A program made the translations under genes and the position numbers. From Eledone cirrhosa (Eukaryota), in the NCBI GenBank assembly GCA_964016885.1, contig OZ024741.1, positions 106,764,001 through 106,828,000 on the forward strand: 64,000 nt of DNA, in the 5' to 3' direction. Positions within the stretch are counted from its first letter, which is position 1. Each line of letters begins with the position of its first letter. This document shows positions 28,201 through 41,402 of this stretch, in pieces. Below the pieces are notes generated by a model that searched no databases, had not been told where the DNA came from, and worked only from the letters and a program-made list of their open reading frames with translations.

Positions 28201-31200
28201 ACGAGGGAGAGACGAGGGAGAAGACGAGGGAGAATACGAGGGAGAGACGAGGGAGAAGACGAGGGAGAATACAAGGAAGAAGACGAGGGAGAAGACGAGG
28301 GAGAGACGAGGGAGAAGACGTGGGAGAAGATGAGGGAGAGACGAGGGAGAATACGAGAGAGAAGACGAGGGAGAAGACGAGGGAGAGACGAGGGAGAAGA
28401 CGAGGGAGAAGACGAGGGAGAAGACGAGGGAGAAGACGAGGGAGAATACAAGGGAGAAGACGAGGGAGAAGACGAGGGAGAGACGAGGGAGAAGATGAGG
28501 GAGAGACGAGGGAGAAGACGAGGGAGAATACAAGGGAGAAGACGAGGGAGAGACGAGGAGAAGACGAGGGAGAGACGAGGGAGAAGATGAGGGAGAGACG
28601 AGGGAGAAGACGAGGGAGAGACGAGGGAGAAGATGAGGGAGAGACGAGTGAGAGACGAGGGAGAAGACGAGGGAGAAGACGAAGGAGAGACGAGGGAGAA
28701 TACGAGAGAGAAGATGAGGGAGAAGACGAGGGAGAGACGAGGGAGAAGACGAGGGAGAATACAAGGGAGAGACGAGGGAGAAGACGAGGGAGAATACAAG
28801 GGAGAAGACGAGGGAGAAGACGAGGGAGAGACGAGGGAGAAGATGAGGGAGAGACGAGGGAGAAGAGGAGGGAGAGAGGAGGGAGAAGATGAGGGAGAGA
28901 CGAGGGAGAGACGAGGGAGAAGACGAGGGAGAGACGAGTGAGAAGACGAGGGAGAAGACGAAGGAGAGACGAGGGAGAAGACGAGGGAGAGACGAGGGAG
29001 AAGACGAGGGAGAAGACGAAGGAGAGACGAGGGAGAATACGAGAGAGAAGATGAGGGAGAGACGAGGGAGAATACGAGAGAGAAGACGAGGGAGAAGACG
29101 AGGGAGAGACGAGGGAGAAGACGAGGGAGAATACGAGGGAGAGACGAGGGAGAAGACGAGGGAGAATACAAGGGAGAAGACGAGGGAGAAGACGAGGGAG
29201 AGACGAGGGAGAAGATGAGGGAGAGAAGAGGGAGAGACGAGGGAGAAGACGAGGGAGAGACGAGGGAGAAGATGAGGGAGAGACGAGGGAGAGACGAGGG
29301 AGAGATGAGGCAGAGACGAGGGAGAAGACGAGGGAGAGACGAGGAAGAAGACGAGAGAGAGCCGAAGGAGAGACGAGGGAGAGACGAGGGACAGATGAGG
29401 GAGAGACGAAGGAGAGACGAGGGAGAAGAGGAGGGAGAAGACGAGGGAGAGACGAGGGAGATTACGAGGGAGAAGACGAGGGAGAGACGAAGGAGAAGAC
29501 GAGGGAGAGACGAGGGAGAGACGAGGGAGAAGACGAGGGAGAAGACGAGGGAGAAGAGGAGGGAGAGACGAGGGAGAGACGAGGGAGACGACTAGGGAGA
29601 AGACGAGGGAGAAGACGAGGGAAAAGACGAGGGAGAAGAAGAGGGAAAAGACGAGGGAGAAGACGAGGGAGAGACGAGGGAGAAGACGAGGGAGAGACGA
29701 GGGAGATTACGAGGGAGAAGACGAGGGAAAAGACGAGGGAGAAGACGAGGGAGAGACGAGGGAGAAGATGAGGGAGAGACGAGGGAGAGACGAAGGAGAA
29801 GACGAGGGAGAGACGAGGGAGAGACGAGGGAGAAGACGAGGGAGAAGACGAGGGAGAAGAGGAGGGGGAGACGAGGGAGAGACGAGGGAGACGACTAGGG
29901 AGAAGACGAGGGAGAAGACGAGGGAAAAGACGAGGGAGAAGAAGAGGGAGAGACGAGGGAGAAGACGAGGGAGAAGACGAGGGAGAGCCGAGGTAGAAGA
30001 CGAGGGAGAAGACGAGGGAGAGACGAGGGAGAGACGAGGGAGAGATGAGGGAGAAGACGAGGGAGAAGACGAGGGAGAGGACGAGGGAGAGACGAGGGAG
30101 AGATGAGGGAGAGACGAGGGAGAATATGAGGGAGAAGACGAGGGAGAAGACGAGGGAGAGACGAGGGAGAAGACGAGGGAGAAGACGAGGGAGAGACGAG
30201 GGAGAGATGAGGGAGAAGACGAGGGAGAAGACGAGGGAGAGACGAGGGAGAAGACGAGGGAGAATACAAGGGAGAAGACGAGGGAGAAGACGAGGGAGAG
30301 ACGAGGGAGAAGATGAGGGAGAGACGAGGGAGAAGACGAGGGAGAATACAAGGGAGAAGACGAGGGAGAAGACGAGGGAGAGACGAGGAGAAGATGAGGG
30401 AGAGACGAGGGAGAAGACGAGGGAGAATACAAGGGAGAAGACGAGGGAGAGACGAGGAGAAGACGAGGGAGAGACGAGGGAGAAGATGAGGGAGAGACGA
30501 GGGAGAAGACGAGGGAGAGACGAGGGAGAAGATGAGGGAGAGACGAGGGAGAGACGAGGGAGAAGACGAGGGAGAAGACGAAGGAGAGACGAGGGAGAAT
30601 ATGAGAGAGAAGATGAGGGAGCAGACGAGGGAGAGACGAGGGAGAAGACGAGGGAGAATACGAGGGAGAGACGAGGGAGAAGACGAGGGAGAATACAAGG
30701 GAGAAGACGAGGGAGAAGACGAGGGAGAGACGAGGGAGAAGATGAGGGAGAGACGAGGGAGAAGACGAGGGATAGACGAGGGAGAAGACGAGGGAGAAGA
30801 CGAAGGAGAGACGAGGGAGAAGACGAGGGAGAGACGAGGGAGAGACGAGGGAGAAGACGAGGGAGAATACGAAGGAGAGACGAGGGAGAAGACGAGGGAG
30901 AATACAAGGGAGAAGACGAGGGAGAAGACGAGGGAGAGACGAGAGAGAAGATGAGGGAGAGACGAGGGAGAGACGAGGGAGAAGACGAGGGAGAGACGAG
31001 GGAGAAGATGAGGGAGAGACGAGGGAGAGACGAGGGAGAGACGAGGGAGAGATGAGCCAGAGACGAGGGAGAAGACGAGGGAGAGACGAGGGAGAAGACG
31101 AGAGAGAGCCGAAGGAGAGACGAGGGAGAGACGAGGGACAGATGAGGGAGAGACGAGGGAGAGACGAGGGAGAAGAGGAGGGAGAAGACGAGGGAGAGAC

Positions 31201-34200
31201 GAGGGAGATTACGAGGGAGAAGACGAGGGAGAGACGAAGGAGAAGACGAGGGAGAGACGAGGGAGAGACGAGGGAGAAGTCGAGGGAGAAGACGAGGGAG
31301 AAGAGGAGGGAGAGACGAGGGAGAAGATGAGGGAGAGACGAGGGAGAAGACGAGGGATAGACGAGGGAGAAGACGAGGGAGAAGACGAAGGAGAGACGAG
31401 GGAGAAGACGAGGGAGAGACGAGGGAGAGACGAGGGAGAAGACGAGGGAGAATACGAAGGAGAGACGAGGGAGAAGACGAGGGAGAATACAAGGGAGAAG
31501 ACAAGGGAGAAGACGAGGGAGAGAAGAGGGAGAAGATGAGGGAGAGACGAGGGAGAGACGAGGGAGAAGACGAGGGAGAGACGAGGGAGAAGATGAGGGA
31601 GAGACGAGGGAGAGACGAGGGAGAGACGAGGGAGAGATGAGCCAGAGACGAGGGAGAAGACGAGGGAGAGACGAGGGAGAAGACGAGAGAGAGCCGAAGG
31701 AGAGACGAGGGAGAGACGAGGGACAGATGAGGGAGAGACGAGGGAGAGACGAGGGAGAAGAGGAGGGAGAAGACGAGGGAGAGACGAGGGAGATTACGAG
31801 GGAGAAGACGAGGGAGAGACGAAGGAGAAGACGAGGGAGAGACGAGGGAGAGACGAGGGAGAAGTCGAGGGAGAAGACGAGGGAGAAGAGGAGGGAGAGA
31901 CGAGGGAGAGACGAGGGAGACGACTAGGGAGAAGACGAGGGAGAAGACGAGGGAAAAAAAGAGGGAGAAGAAGAGGGAGAGATGAGGGAGAAGACGAGGG
32001 AGAAGACGAGGGAGAGCCGAGGGAGAAGACGAGGGAGAAGACGAGGGAGAGACGAGGGAGAGACGAGGGAGAGATGAGGGAGAAGACGAGGGAGAAGACG
32101 AGGGAAAAGACGAGGGAGAAGACGAGGGAGAGACGAGGGAGAGATGAGGGAGAGACGAGGGAGAATATGAGGGAGAAGACGAGGGAGAAGACGAGGGAGA
32201 AGACGAGGGAGAGACGAGGGAGAGATGAGGGAGAGACGAGGGAGAATATGAGGGAGAAGACGAGGGAGAAGACGAGGGAGAGACGAGGGAGAGATGAGGG
32301 AGAGACGAGGGAGAATATGAGGGAGAAGACGAGGGAGAAGACGAGGGAGAAGACGAGGGAGAGACGAGGGAGAAGATGAGGGAGAGACGAGGGAGAGACG
32401 AGGGAGAGACGAGGGAGAGATGAGCCAGAGACGAGGGAGAAGACGAGGGAGAGACGAGGGAGAAGACGAGAGAGAGCCGAAGGAGAGACGAGGGAGAGAC
32501 GAGGGACAGATGAGGGAGAGACGAGGGAGAGACGAGGGAGAAGAGGAGGGAGAAGACGAGGGAGAGACGAGGGAGATTACGAGGGAGAAGACGAGGGAGA
32601 GACGAAGGAGAAGACGAGGGAGAGACGAGGGAGAGACGAGGGAGAAGTCGAGGGAGAAGACGAGGGAGAAGAGGAGGGAGAGACGAGGGAGAAGATGAGG
32701 GAGAGACGAGGGAGAAGACGAGGGATAGACGAGGGAGAAGACGAGGGAGAAGACGAAGGAGAGACGAGGGAGAAGACGAGGGAGAGACGAGGGAGAGACG
32801 AGGGAGAAGACGAGGGAGAATACGAAGGAGAGACGAGGGAGAAGACGAGGGAGAATACAAGGGAGAAGACAAGGGAGAAGACGAGGGAGAGAAGAGGGAG
32901 AAGATGAGGGAGAGACGAGGGAGAGACGAGGGAGAAGACGAGGGAGAGACGAGGGAGAAGATGAGGGAGAGACGAGGGAGAGACGAGGGAGAGACGAGGG
33001 AGAGATGAGCCAGAGACGAGGGAGAAGACGAGGGAGAGACGAGGGAGAAGACGAGAGAGAGCCGAAGGAGAGACGAGGGAGAGACGAGGGACAGATGAGG
33101 GAGAGACGAGGGAGAGACGAGGGAGAAGAGGAGGGAGAAGACGAGGGAGAGACGAGGGAGATTACGAGGGAGAAGACGAGGGAGAGACGAAGGAGAAGAC
33201 GAGGGAGAGACGAGGGAGAGACGAGGGAGAAGTCGAGGGAGAAGACGAGGGAGAAGAGGAGGGAGAGACGAGGGAGAGACGAGGGAGACGACTAGGGAGA
33301 AGACGAGGGAGAAGACGAGGGAAAAAAAGAGGGAGAAGAAGAGGGAGAGATGAGGGAGAAGACGAGGGAGAAGACGAGGGAGAGCCGAGGGAGAAGACGA
33401 GGGAGAAGACGAGGGAGAGACGAGGGAGAGACGAGGGAGAGATGAGGGAGAAGACGAGGGAGAAGACGAGGGAAAAGACGAGGGAGAAGACGAGGGAGAG
33501 ACGAGGGAGAGATGAGGGAGAGACGAGGGAGAATATGAGGGAGAAGACGAGGGAGAAGACGAGGGAGAAGACGAGGGAGAGACGAGGGAGAGATGAGGGA
33601 GAGACGAGGGAGAATATGAGGGAGAAGACGAGGGAGAAGACGAGGGAGAGACGAGGGAGAGATGAGGGAGAGACGAGGGAGAATATGAGGGAGAAGACGA
33701 GGGAGAAGACGAGGGAGAAGACGAGGGAGAGACGAGGGAGAAGACGAGGGAGAGACGAGGGAGAAGATGAGGGAGAGACGAGGGAGAGACGAGGGAGAAG
33801 ACGAGGGAGAAGACGAAGGAGAGACGAGGGAGAATACGAGAGAGAAGATGAGGGAGAAGACGAGGGAGAGACGAGGGAGAAGACGAGGGAGAATACGAGG
33901 GAGAGACGAGGGAGAAGACGAGGGAGAATACAAGGGAGAAGACGAGGGAGAAGACGAGGGAGAGACGAGGGAGAAGATGAGGGAGAGACGAGGGAGAAGA
34001 CGAGGGAGAATACAAGGGAGAAGACGAGGGAGAGACGAGGAGAAGACGAGGGAGAGACGAGGGAGAAGATGAGGGAGAGACGAGGGAGAAGATGAGGGAG
34101 AGACGAGGGAGAGACGAGGGAGAAGACGAGGGAGAAGACGAAGGAGAGACGAGGGAGAATACGAGAGAGAAGATGAGGGAGAAGACGAGGGAGAGACGAA

Positions 34201-37200
34201 GGAGAAGACGAGGGAGAATACGAGGGAGAGACGAGGGAGAAGACGAGGGAGAATACAAGGGAGAAGACGAGGGAGAAGACGAGGGAGAGACGAGGGAGAA
34301 GATGAGGGAGAGACGAGGGAGAAGACGAGGGATAGACGAGGGAGAAGATGAGGGAGAGACGAGGGAGAGACGAGGGAGAAGACGAGGGAGAGACGAGGGA
34401 GAAGACGAGGGAGAAGGCGAAGGAGAGACGAGGGAGAAGACGAGGGAGAGACGAGGGAGAAGACGAGGGAGAAGACGAAGGAGAGACGAGGGAGAATACG
34501 AGAGAGAAGATGAGGGAGAGACGAGGGAGAATACGAGAGAGAAGACGAGGGAGAAGGCGAGCGAGAGACGAGGGAGAAGACGAGGGAGAATACGAGGGAG
34601 AGACGAGGGAGAAGACGAGGGAGAATACAAGGGAGAAGACGAGGGAGAAGACGAGGGAGAGACGAGGGAGAAGATGAGGGAGAAGACGAGGGAGAGACGA
34701 GGGAGAAGACGAGGGAGAGACGAGGGAGAAGACGAGGGAGAAGACGAGGGAGAGACGAGGGAGAAGACGAGGGAGAAGATGAGGGAGAGACGAGGGAGAA
34801 TACGAGAGAGAAGACGAGGGAGAAGACGAGGGAGAAGACGAGGGAGAAAACGAGGGAGAATACGAGGGAGAGACGAGGGAGAAGACGAGGGAGAATACAA
34901 GGGAGAAGACGAGGGAGAAGACGAGGGAGAGACGAGGGAGAAGACGAGGGAGAAGACGAGAGAGAGAGGAGGGGGAGACGAGGGAGGGACAAGATGAGGG
35001 AGAGACGAGGGAGAATACGAGAGAGAAGACGAGGGAGAAGACGAGGGAGAGACGAGGGAGAAGACGAGGGAGAATACGAGGGAGAATACGAGGGTGAATA
35101 CAAGGGAGAAGACGAGGGAGAAGACGAGGGAGAGACGAGGGAGAAGATGAGGGAGAGACGAGGGAGAAGACGAGGGAGAGACGAGGGAGAAGATGAGGGA
35201 GAGACGAGAGAGAGACGAGGGAGAAGACGAGGGAGAGACGAGGGAGAAGACGAGGGAGAAGACGAAGGAGAGACGAGGGAGAAGACGAGGGAGAGACGAG
35301 GGAGAAGACGAGGGAGAAGACGAGGGAGAAGACGAGGGAGAGACGAGGGAGAAGACGAGGGAGAATACGAGGGAGAGACGAGGGAGAAGACGAGGGAGAA
35401 TACAAGGAAGAAGACGAGGGAGAAGACGAGGGAGAGACGAGGGAGAAGACGTGGGAGAAGATGAGGGAGAGACGAGGGAGAATACGAGAGAGAAGACGAG
35501 GGAGAAGACGAGGGAGAGACGAGGGAGAAGACGAGGGAGAAGACGAGGGAGAAGACGAGGGAGAAGACGAGGGAGAATACAAGGGAGAAGACGAGGGAGA
35601 AGACGAGGGAGAGACGAGGGAGAAGATGAGGGAGAGACGAGGGAGAAGACGAGGGAGAATACAAGGGAGAAGACGAGGGAGAGACGAGGAGAAGACGAGG
35701 GAGAGACGAGGGAGAAGATGAGGGAGAGACGAGGGAGAAGACGAGGGAGAGACGAGGGAGAAGATGAGGGAGAGACGAGTGAGAGACGAGGGAGAAGACG
35801 AGGGAGAAGACGAAGGAGAGACGAGGGAGAATACGAGAGAGAAGATGAGGGAGAAGACGAGGGAGAGACGAGGGAGAAGACGAGGGAGAATACAAGGGAG
35901 AGACGAGGGAGAAGACGAGGGAGAATACAAGGGAGAAGACGAGGGAGAAGACGAGGGAGAGACGAGGGAGAAGATGAGGGAGAGACGAGGGAGAAGAGGA
36001 GGGAGAGAGGAGGGAGAAGATGAGGGAGAGACGAGGGAGAGACGAGGGAGAAGACGAGGGAGAGACGAGTGAGAAGACGAGGGAGAAGACGAAGGAGAGA
36101 CGAGGGAGAAGACGAGGGAGAGACGAGGGAGAAGACGAGGGAGAAGACGAAGGAGAGACGAGGGAGAATACGAGAGAGAAGATGAGGGAGAGACGAGGGA
36201 GAATACGAGAGAGAAGACGAGGGAGAAGACGAGGGAGAGACGAGGGAGAAGACGAGGGAGAATACGAGGGAGAGACGAGGGAGAAGACGAGGGAGAATAC
36301 AAGGGAGAAGACGAGGGAGAAGACGAGGGAGAGACGAGGGAGAAGATGAGGGAGAGAAGAGGGAGAGACGAGGGAGAAGACGAGGGAGAGACGAGGGAGA
36401 AGATGAGGGAGAGACGAGGGAGAGACGAGGGAGAGATGAGGCAGAGACGAGGGAGAAGACGAGGGAGAGACGAGGAAGAAGACGAGAGAGAGCCGAAGGA
36501 GAGACGAGGGAGAGACGAGGGACAGATGAGGGAGAGACGAAGGAGAGACGAGGGAGAAGAGGAGGGAGAAGACGAGGGAGAGACGAGGGAGATTACGAGG
36601 GAGAAGACGAGGGAGAGACGAAGGAGAAGACGAGGGAGAGACGAGGGAGAGACGAGGGAGAAGACGAGGGAGAAGACGAGGGAGAAGAGGAGGGAGAGAC
36701 GAGGGAGAGACGAGGGAGACGACTAGGGAGAAGACGAGGGAGAAGACGAGGGAAAAGACGAGGGAGAAGAAGAGGGAAAAGACGAGGGAGAAGACGAGGG
36801 AGAGACGAGGGAGAAGACGAGGGAGAGACGAGGGAGATTACGAGGGAGAAGACGAGGGAAAAGACGAGGGAGAAGACGAGGGAGAGACGAGGGAGAAGAT
36901 GAGGGAGAGACGAGGGAGAGACGAAGGAGAAGACGAGGGAGAGACGAGGGAGAGACGAGGGAGAAGACGAGGGAGAAGACGAGGGAGAAGAGGAGGGGGA
37001 GACGAGGGAGAGACGAGGGAGACGACTAGGGAGAAGACGAGGGAGAAGACGAGGGAAAAGACGAGGGAGAAGAAGAGGGAGAGACGAGGGAGAAGACGAG
37101 GGAGAAGACGAGGGAGAGCCGAGGTAGAAGACGAGGGAGAAGACGAGGGAGAGACGAGGGAGAGACGAGGGAGAGATGAGGGAGAAGACGAGGGAGAAGA

Positions 37201-38220
37201 CGAGGGAGAGGACGAGGGAGAGACGAGGGAGAGATGAGGGAGAGACGAGGGAGAATATGAGGGAGAAGACGAGGGAGAAGACGAGGGAGAGACGAGGGAG
37301 AAGACGAGGGAGAAGACGAGGGAGAGACGAGGGAGAGATGAGGGAGAAGACGAGGGAGAAGACGAGGGAGAGACGAGGGAGAGATGAGGGAGAGACGAGG
37401 GAGAATATGAGGGAGAAGACGAGGGAGAAGACGAGGGAGAAGACGAGGGAGAGACGAGGGAGAGATGAGGGAGAGACGAGGGAGAATATGAGGGAGAAGA
37501 CGCGGGAGAGACGAGGGAGAATACGAGGGAGAAGACGAAAGAGAGAGGAGAGAGAAGACGAGGGAGAAGACGAGGGAGAGACGAGGGAGAGACGAGGGAG
37601 AAGACGAGGGAGAAGACGAGGAAGAGACGAGGGAGAAGATGAGGGAGAGACGAGGGAGAAGACGAGGGAGAAGACGAGGGAGAGACGAGGGAGAAGACGA
37701 GGGAGAGACGAGGGAGAAGGCGAGGGAGAAGACGAGCGAGAGACGAGGGAGAAGACGAGGGAGAGAGGAGGTAGAGACGAGGGAGAATAAGAGGGAGAGA
37801 TGAGGGAGAGACGAGGGAGAGACGAGGGAGAAGGCGAGGGAGAGAGGAGGTAGAGACGAGGGAGAATACGAGGGAGAGATGAGGGAGAGACGAGGGAGAA
37901 TACGAGGGAGAATACGAGGGAGAGATGAGGGAGAATACGAGGGAGAGATGAGGGAGAGACGAGGGAGAATACGAGGGAGAGATGAGGGATAGACGAGGGA
38001 GAAGACGAGGGAGAAGACGAGGGAGAAGACGAGGGAGAAGACGAGGGAGAGACGAGGGAGAAGACGAGGGAGAAGACGAGGGAGAAGACGAAGGAGAAGA
38101 CGAGGGAGAAGAGGAGGGAGAGACCAGGGAGAAGACGAGGGAGAAGACGAGGGAGAAGACGAGGGAGAAGACGAGGGAGAAGACGAGGGAGAGACGAGGG
38201 AGAAGACGAGGGAGAAAAAG
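19290..38220. repeat. ~18.9-kb purine-rich minisatellite of interspersed 12-bp (GACGAGGGAGAA) and 11-bp (GACGAGGGAGA) units with higher-order repeats
   Basis: Direct reading. A marker variant (gatgagccag) recurs at 22013, 23921, 24506, 25289, 25874, 31052, 31637, 32420 and 33005. Confidence 0.98.
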
Positions 38221-38259
38221 CTGAAGACGATGAATAATGAAGATGAGGAAGATAAACAA

Positions 38260-38790
38260 GATAATGGTGATGATGGTGATGGTGGTGGTGATGGTGTTAG
38301 TGGTGGTGATGGTGGTGGTGGTGGTGGTGGTGGTGTTGATGGTGGTGGTTGTGTAGGTGGTGGTGGTGGTGGTGGTGTTGATGGTGGTGGTGGTGGTGGT
38401 GGTGTGGTGGTGTGGTGGTGGTGGTGGTGGTGGTGGTGCTGATGGTGGTGGTGCTGATGGCGATGGTGGTGATGGTGGTGGTGGTGAAGATTATATATGG
38501 TAGTGGTGTTGATGGTGGTGGTGATAATGGTGGTGTTGGTGGTGGTGATGATGATGGTGGTGGTGATGGTGGTGATGGTGGTGGTGGTGATAGTGGTTGT
38601 GATGGTGGTGGTGGTGGTGATGGTGGTAGTGATGGTGGTGCGATGGTCGCGGTGATGATGGCGGTGATGATGGTGGTGATGGTGGCGGTGATGGTGATAG
38701 TAATGTTGGTGATGGTGATTGTGAAGAGGCTGGTTATGGTGGTGGTAGTGGTGGTGATGGTGATTGTGAAGGTGAAGGTGATGGTGATAA
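38260..38790. repeat. (GGT)n/(GAT)n microsatellite flanking the array
   Basis: Direct reading. Confidence 0.95.
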
Positions 38791-39000
38791 TTAATGACAA
38801 ATAATATTCAACTGACAAAATATCTTACAGGGTGGAAATTTGTAGAATTGATATTGGTGTGTGAGTGTGTGTGTATGTGTGTATACGTGTATGTCTGTGT
38901 GTGTATGTGTATATATGCGTGTATGTATGGGTGCATAAATATATGTGTGCATAAATATATAAGCTGGTGTGCTTATTTATGTATGTATGTATGTATGTAT

Positions 39001-39535
39001 GTACAACCTGTCTCATGGTCGGGTTTCTTGGTGAGAAGGGTGACTTTGGACATCCTGCTGGACAAAACTTGTCAAAGGTCAAAGGAGCTCTTAAGAGTCA
39101 ATGGCCATCCAAAATCACCGGGAGAGATGACCCCTTAGCCTTTGTCAAGGCAGAATTCTAGGAGAAGGAAAACTCTGACATAACACCTGCAACTCTGATG
39201 GTATCCAATGATGTTGACTTGTTCTTCTTTTTGGTAAATATCATCTTGGTTAAGAGAGTGTGACTGGCTTTGTGCAGTGCCTTTGCTCACTATAAAAGCT
39301 TCACGGCACAGGCATTGCTTTATATCTGGAGATCTCTCTGCACTTGTCGTCACATGGTACCATGGGCCCAGCACTATGTGTCAATAATTGTCACAAGTGT
39401 AGTGTTTGTACCAGAGTTTTCAAGTCGCTGGCTGGACTAAAAAGTCACACTCGTTCAGCGCATCGGTAGGGGTTCTCCTACATGGATATAAAGTAGTGGC
39501 CGTACTCGAAAACGATTTCGCAGCCAACTTGTAAA
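39001..39535 (-). mobile_element. ~530-bp dispersed repeat (probable LINE 3' UTR or SINE) embedded in (TACA)n; second copy at 60770-61336
   Basis: Near-identical copies. The minus-strand end GACAGGTTGTAC runs into (TACA)n here. Confidence 0.7.
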
Positions 39536-39964
39536 TAAGTATGTATGTATGTATGTATGTATGTATGTATGTATGTATGTATGTATGGATGTATGTATGT
39601 ATGTATGTATGTATGTATGCATGTATGTATGTGTATAATTGTATGCATATATGAACTATATGTGTGTGTTTATGTCTTCATATATATATGTGCATGTGTA
39701 TATGAGTGTATATATGTGTGAATATATGTGCGTGTATGTGTGAGTATGAATGTGTGAGTGTATTTGTATGAGTATATGTATGTGTATGAGTATATGTATG
39801 CATGTGTTTGTATGGCAGTGTAACTATATGTGCCTGTAAATATGTGTAAGTAAGTGTATGTGAATATATGAATATACATAACAATAAAAAAAAGGGGACT
39901 TAAAGAATAAAGAGAAGCAAAAACTTAAAAATTAATAGAATATAACACAAAACTAATAATAATA

Positions 39965-40430
39965 ATCGTTTCTGCTTTAGGCACAGGGCCAGCAATTTTG
40001 GGGTAGGTGAAAGTCGATTAAATCGACCTCAGTATATTACTTGTGCTTTATTTATCGACCCCGTAAGGACGAAAGACACAGCTAACCTAGGCAGGATTTT
40101 AACTCAGAACGTAAAGGGCCGTAACTCTATGCTGCAGAAGTTTGTTATATTATACGGTCTAGCGATACTGCCAATCCACTAATAATATAATACTTATAAT
40201 TATATACACATGTTGGTATAGAGTTACGTTCCTTTATGTTCTGAGTTCAAATCTCGCCGAGGTTAGCTTTGCCTTTCAACGTAAAGGATTGAAACTCTAT
40301 GCTGCAAAGCATGTCGTCCGACGCTCTACCGATACTACCAATCCAGTTATTAATAATAATAATGGTTTCTGATTTAGGCACAAGGCCAACAATTTTGGGG
40401 AAGGGGAAAGTTTATTAGATTGACCCCATG
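39965..40430. mobile_element. Cluster of SINE fragments of the 46984 family
   Basis: tttatcgaccccgtaagga...aaag, ggccagcaattttgggg and ctgagttcaaatctcgccgaggtt motifs. Confidence 0.65.
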
Positions 40431-40449
40431 GTTATTCCTGGAAAGATCC

Positions 40450-40900
40450 AGAACTACGACCACTCTGATCACTAAGGTCTTCCATTTGTCCACCATCTAC
40501 AAGTGTATACTCACTCTGACCACTAAGGCAAGTGCTGTCTACCATCTATCTACACTGTCCACTAAAACAATTGCCGTCTCCTGTATGTGCACTTTCAGCC
40601 TACAGGTGTATAATCTGAGCAAACCTATTCACTCTGACTACTAAAGCAAGTGCTGTCTCTCAACTGTCTACACTGTCCAGTACAGGAAGTACCGTCTCCC
40701 AGTTGTCATCCTCCATCTTACAAGTGTATATATACTAAGAGAAGGTCTGTTCACAGACCACTAAGAGAAGTTCCGTTTCTTAGTTGTCTACCAAGGCATG
40801 TGCCCGTCTTGACCACCAAGGCATGTGCCCGTCTTCCAGCTGTACACACTGTTCACTAAAGCAAGTACCGTCTCTCTCCAGCTTTCAGGTGTTTACTCAG
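40450..40900. repeat. Degenerate tandem repeat (cactctgaccactaaggcaagtgctgtct motif)
   Basis: Recurrent actaaggca / actaaagcaagt / ctacactgtcc blocks. Confidence 0.55.
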
Positions 40901-41228
40901 AACAGGCTTGTTCTCTCATTTTATGTTCTGAGTTCCAACCGTGCCTTGTTTAATATTTTTTAACTTTTCATTCTTCTACAATTTTTATGTGTATAAAACC
41001 CTTTCTAACAGCTTTTCTGGCGGCTCCCAATCATATGGAAGTTGTTGTTGTTGTTGCAACTGCTGTTGTATTCATTCACTTGTTATGTTTATCCTTCCAT
41101 CAATCAAACTATCGATGTTATCGATACTATCTTTTGAGAAATCCATTCAAATAATTGCTTTTCTCTTCTTGCTGTCATTTCACATTGTTTCATACCATAT
41201 AATATTACTTTCTTTATTTCACTTGCAG

Positions 41229-41286
41229 CAGATAACATGGGCAGAACTGAAAGCATTTCCTATGGATCGGCCAAAGCGTATTACCG
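41229..41286 (+). CDS. Candidate 58-bp internal exon of an unidentified host gene (QITWAELKAFPMDRPKRIT)
   Basis: Polypyrimidine tract plus ttgcag acceptor (NAGNAG) and G|gtatgt donor around a unique, open, higher-complexity segment. Confidence 0.35.
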
Positions 41287-41368
41287 GTATGTCATTTATC
41301 GATTGCTGCATAGCTTGGTGTTCATATTTGTCCTGGTATGTATGTATGTATGTATGTATGTATGTATG

Positions 41369-41402
<34 letters not shown>

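Noticed and set aside
19290-38220. CRISPR-like or telomeric array
   Set aside because: No unique spacers or cas genes, eukaryotic context, and the unit is not TTAGGG.
18114-38259. Very long minus-strand ORFs (up to 2338 aa; SPSS/LPRL/VFSL) and plus-strand REK/DEGE ORFs
   Set aside because: All frames of the pyrimidine strand lack stops by composition, and 11-bp units constantly shift frame. No evidence of coding selection.
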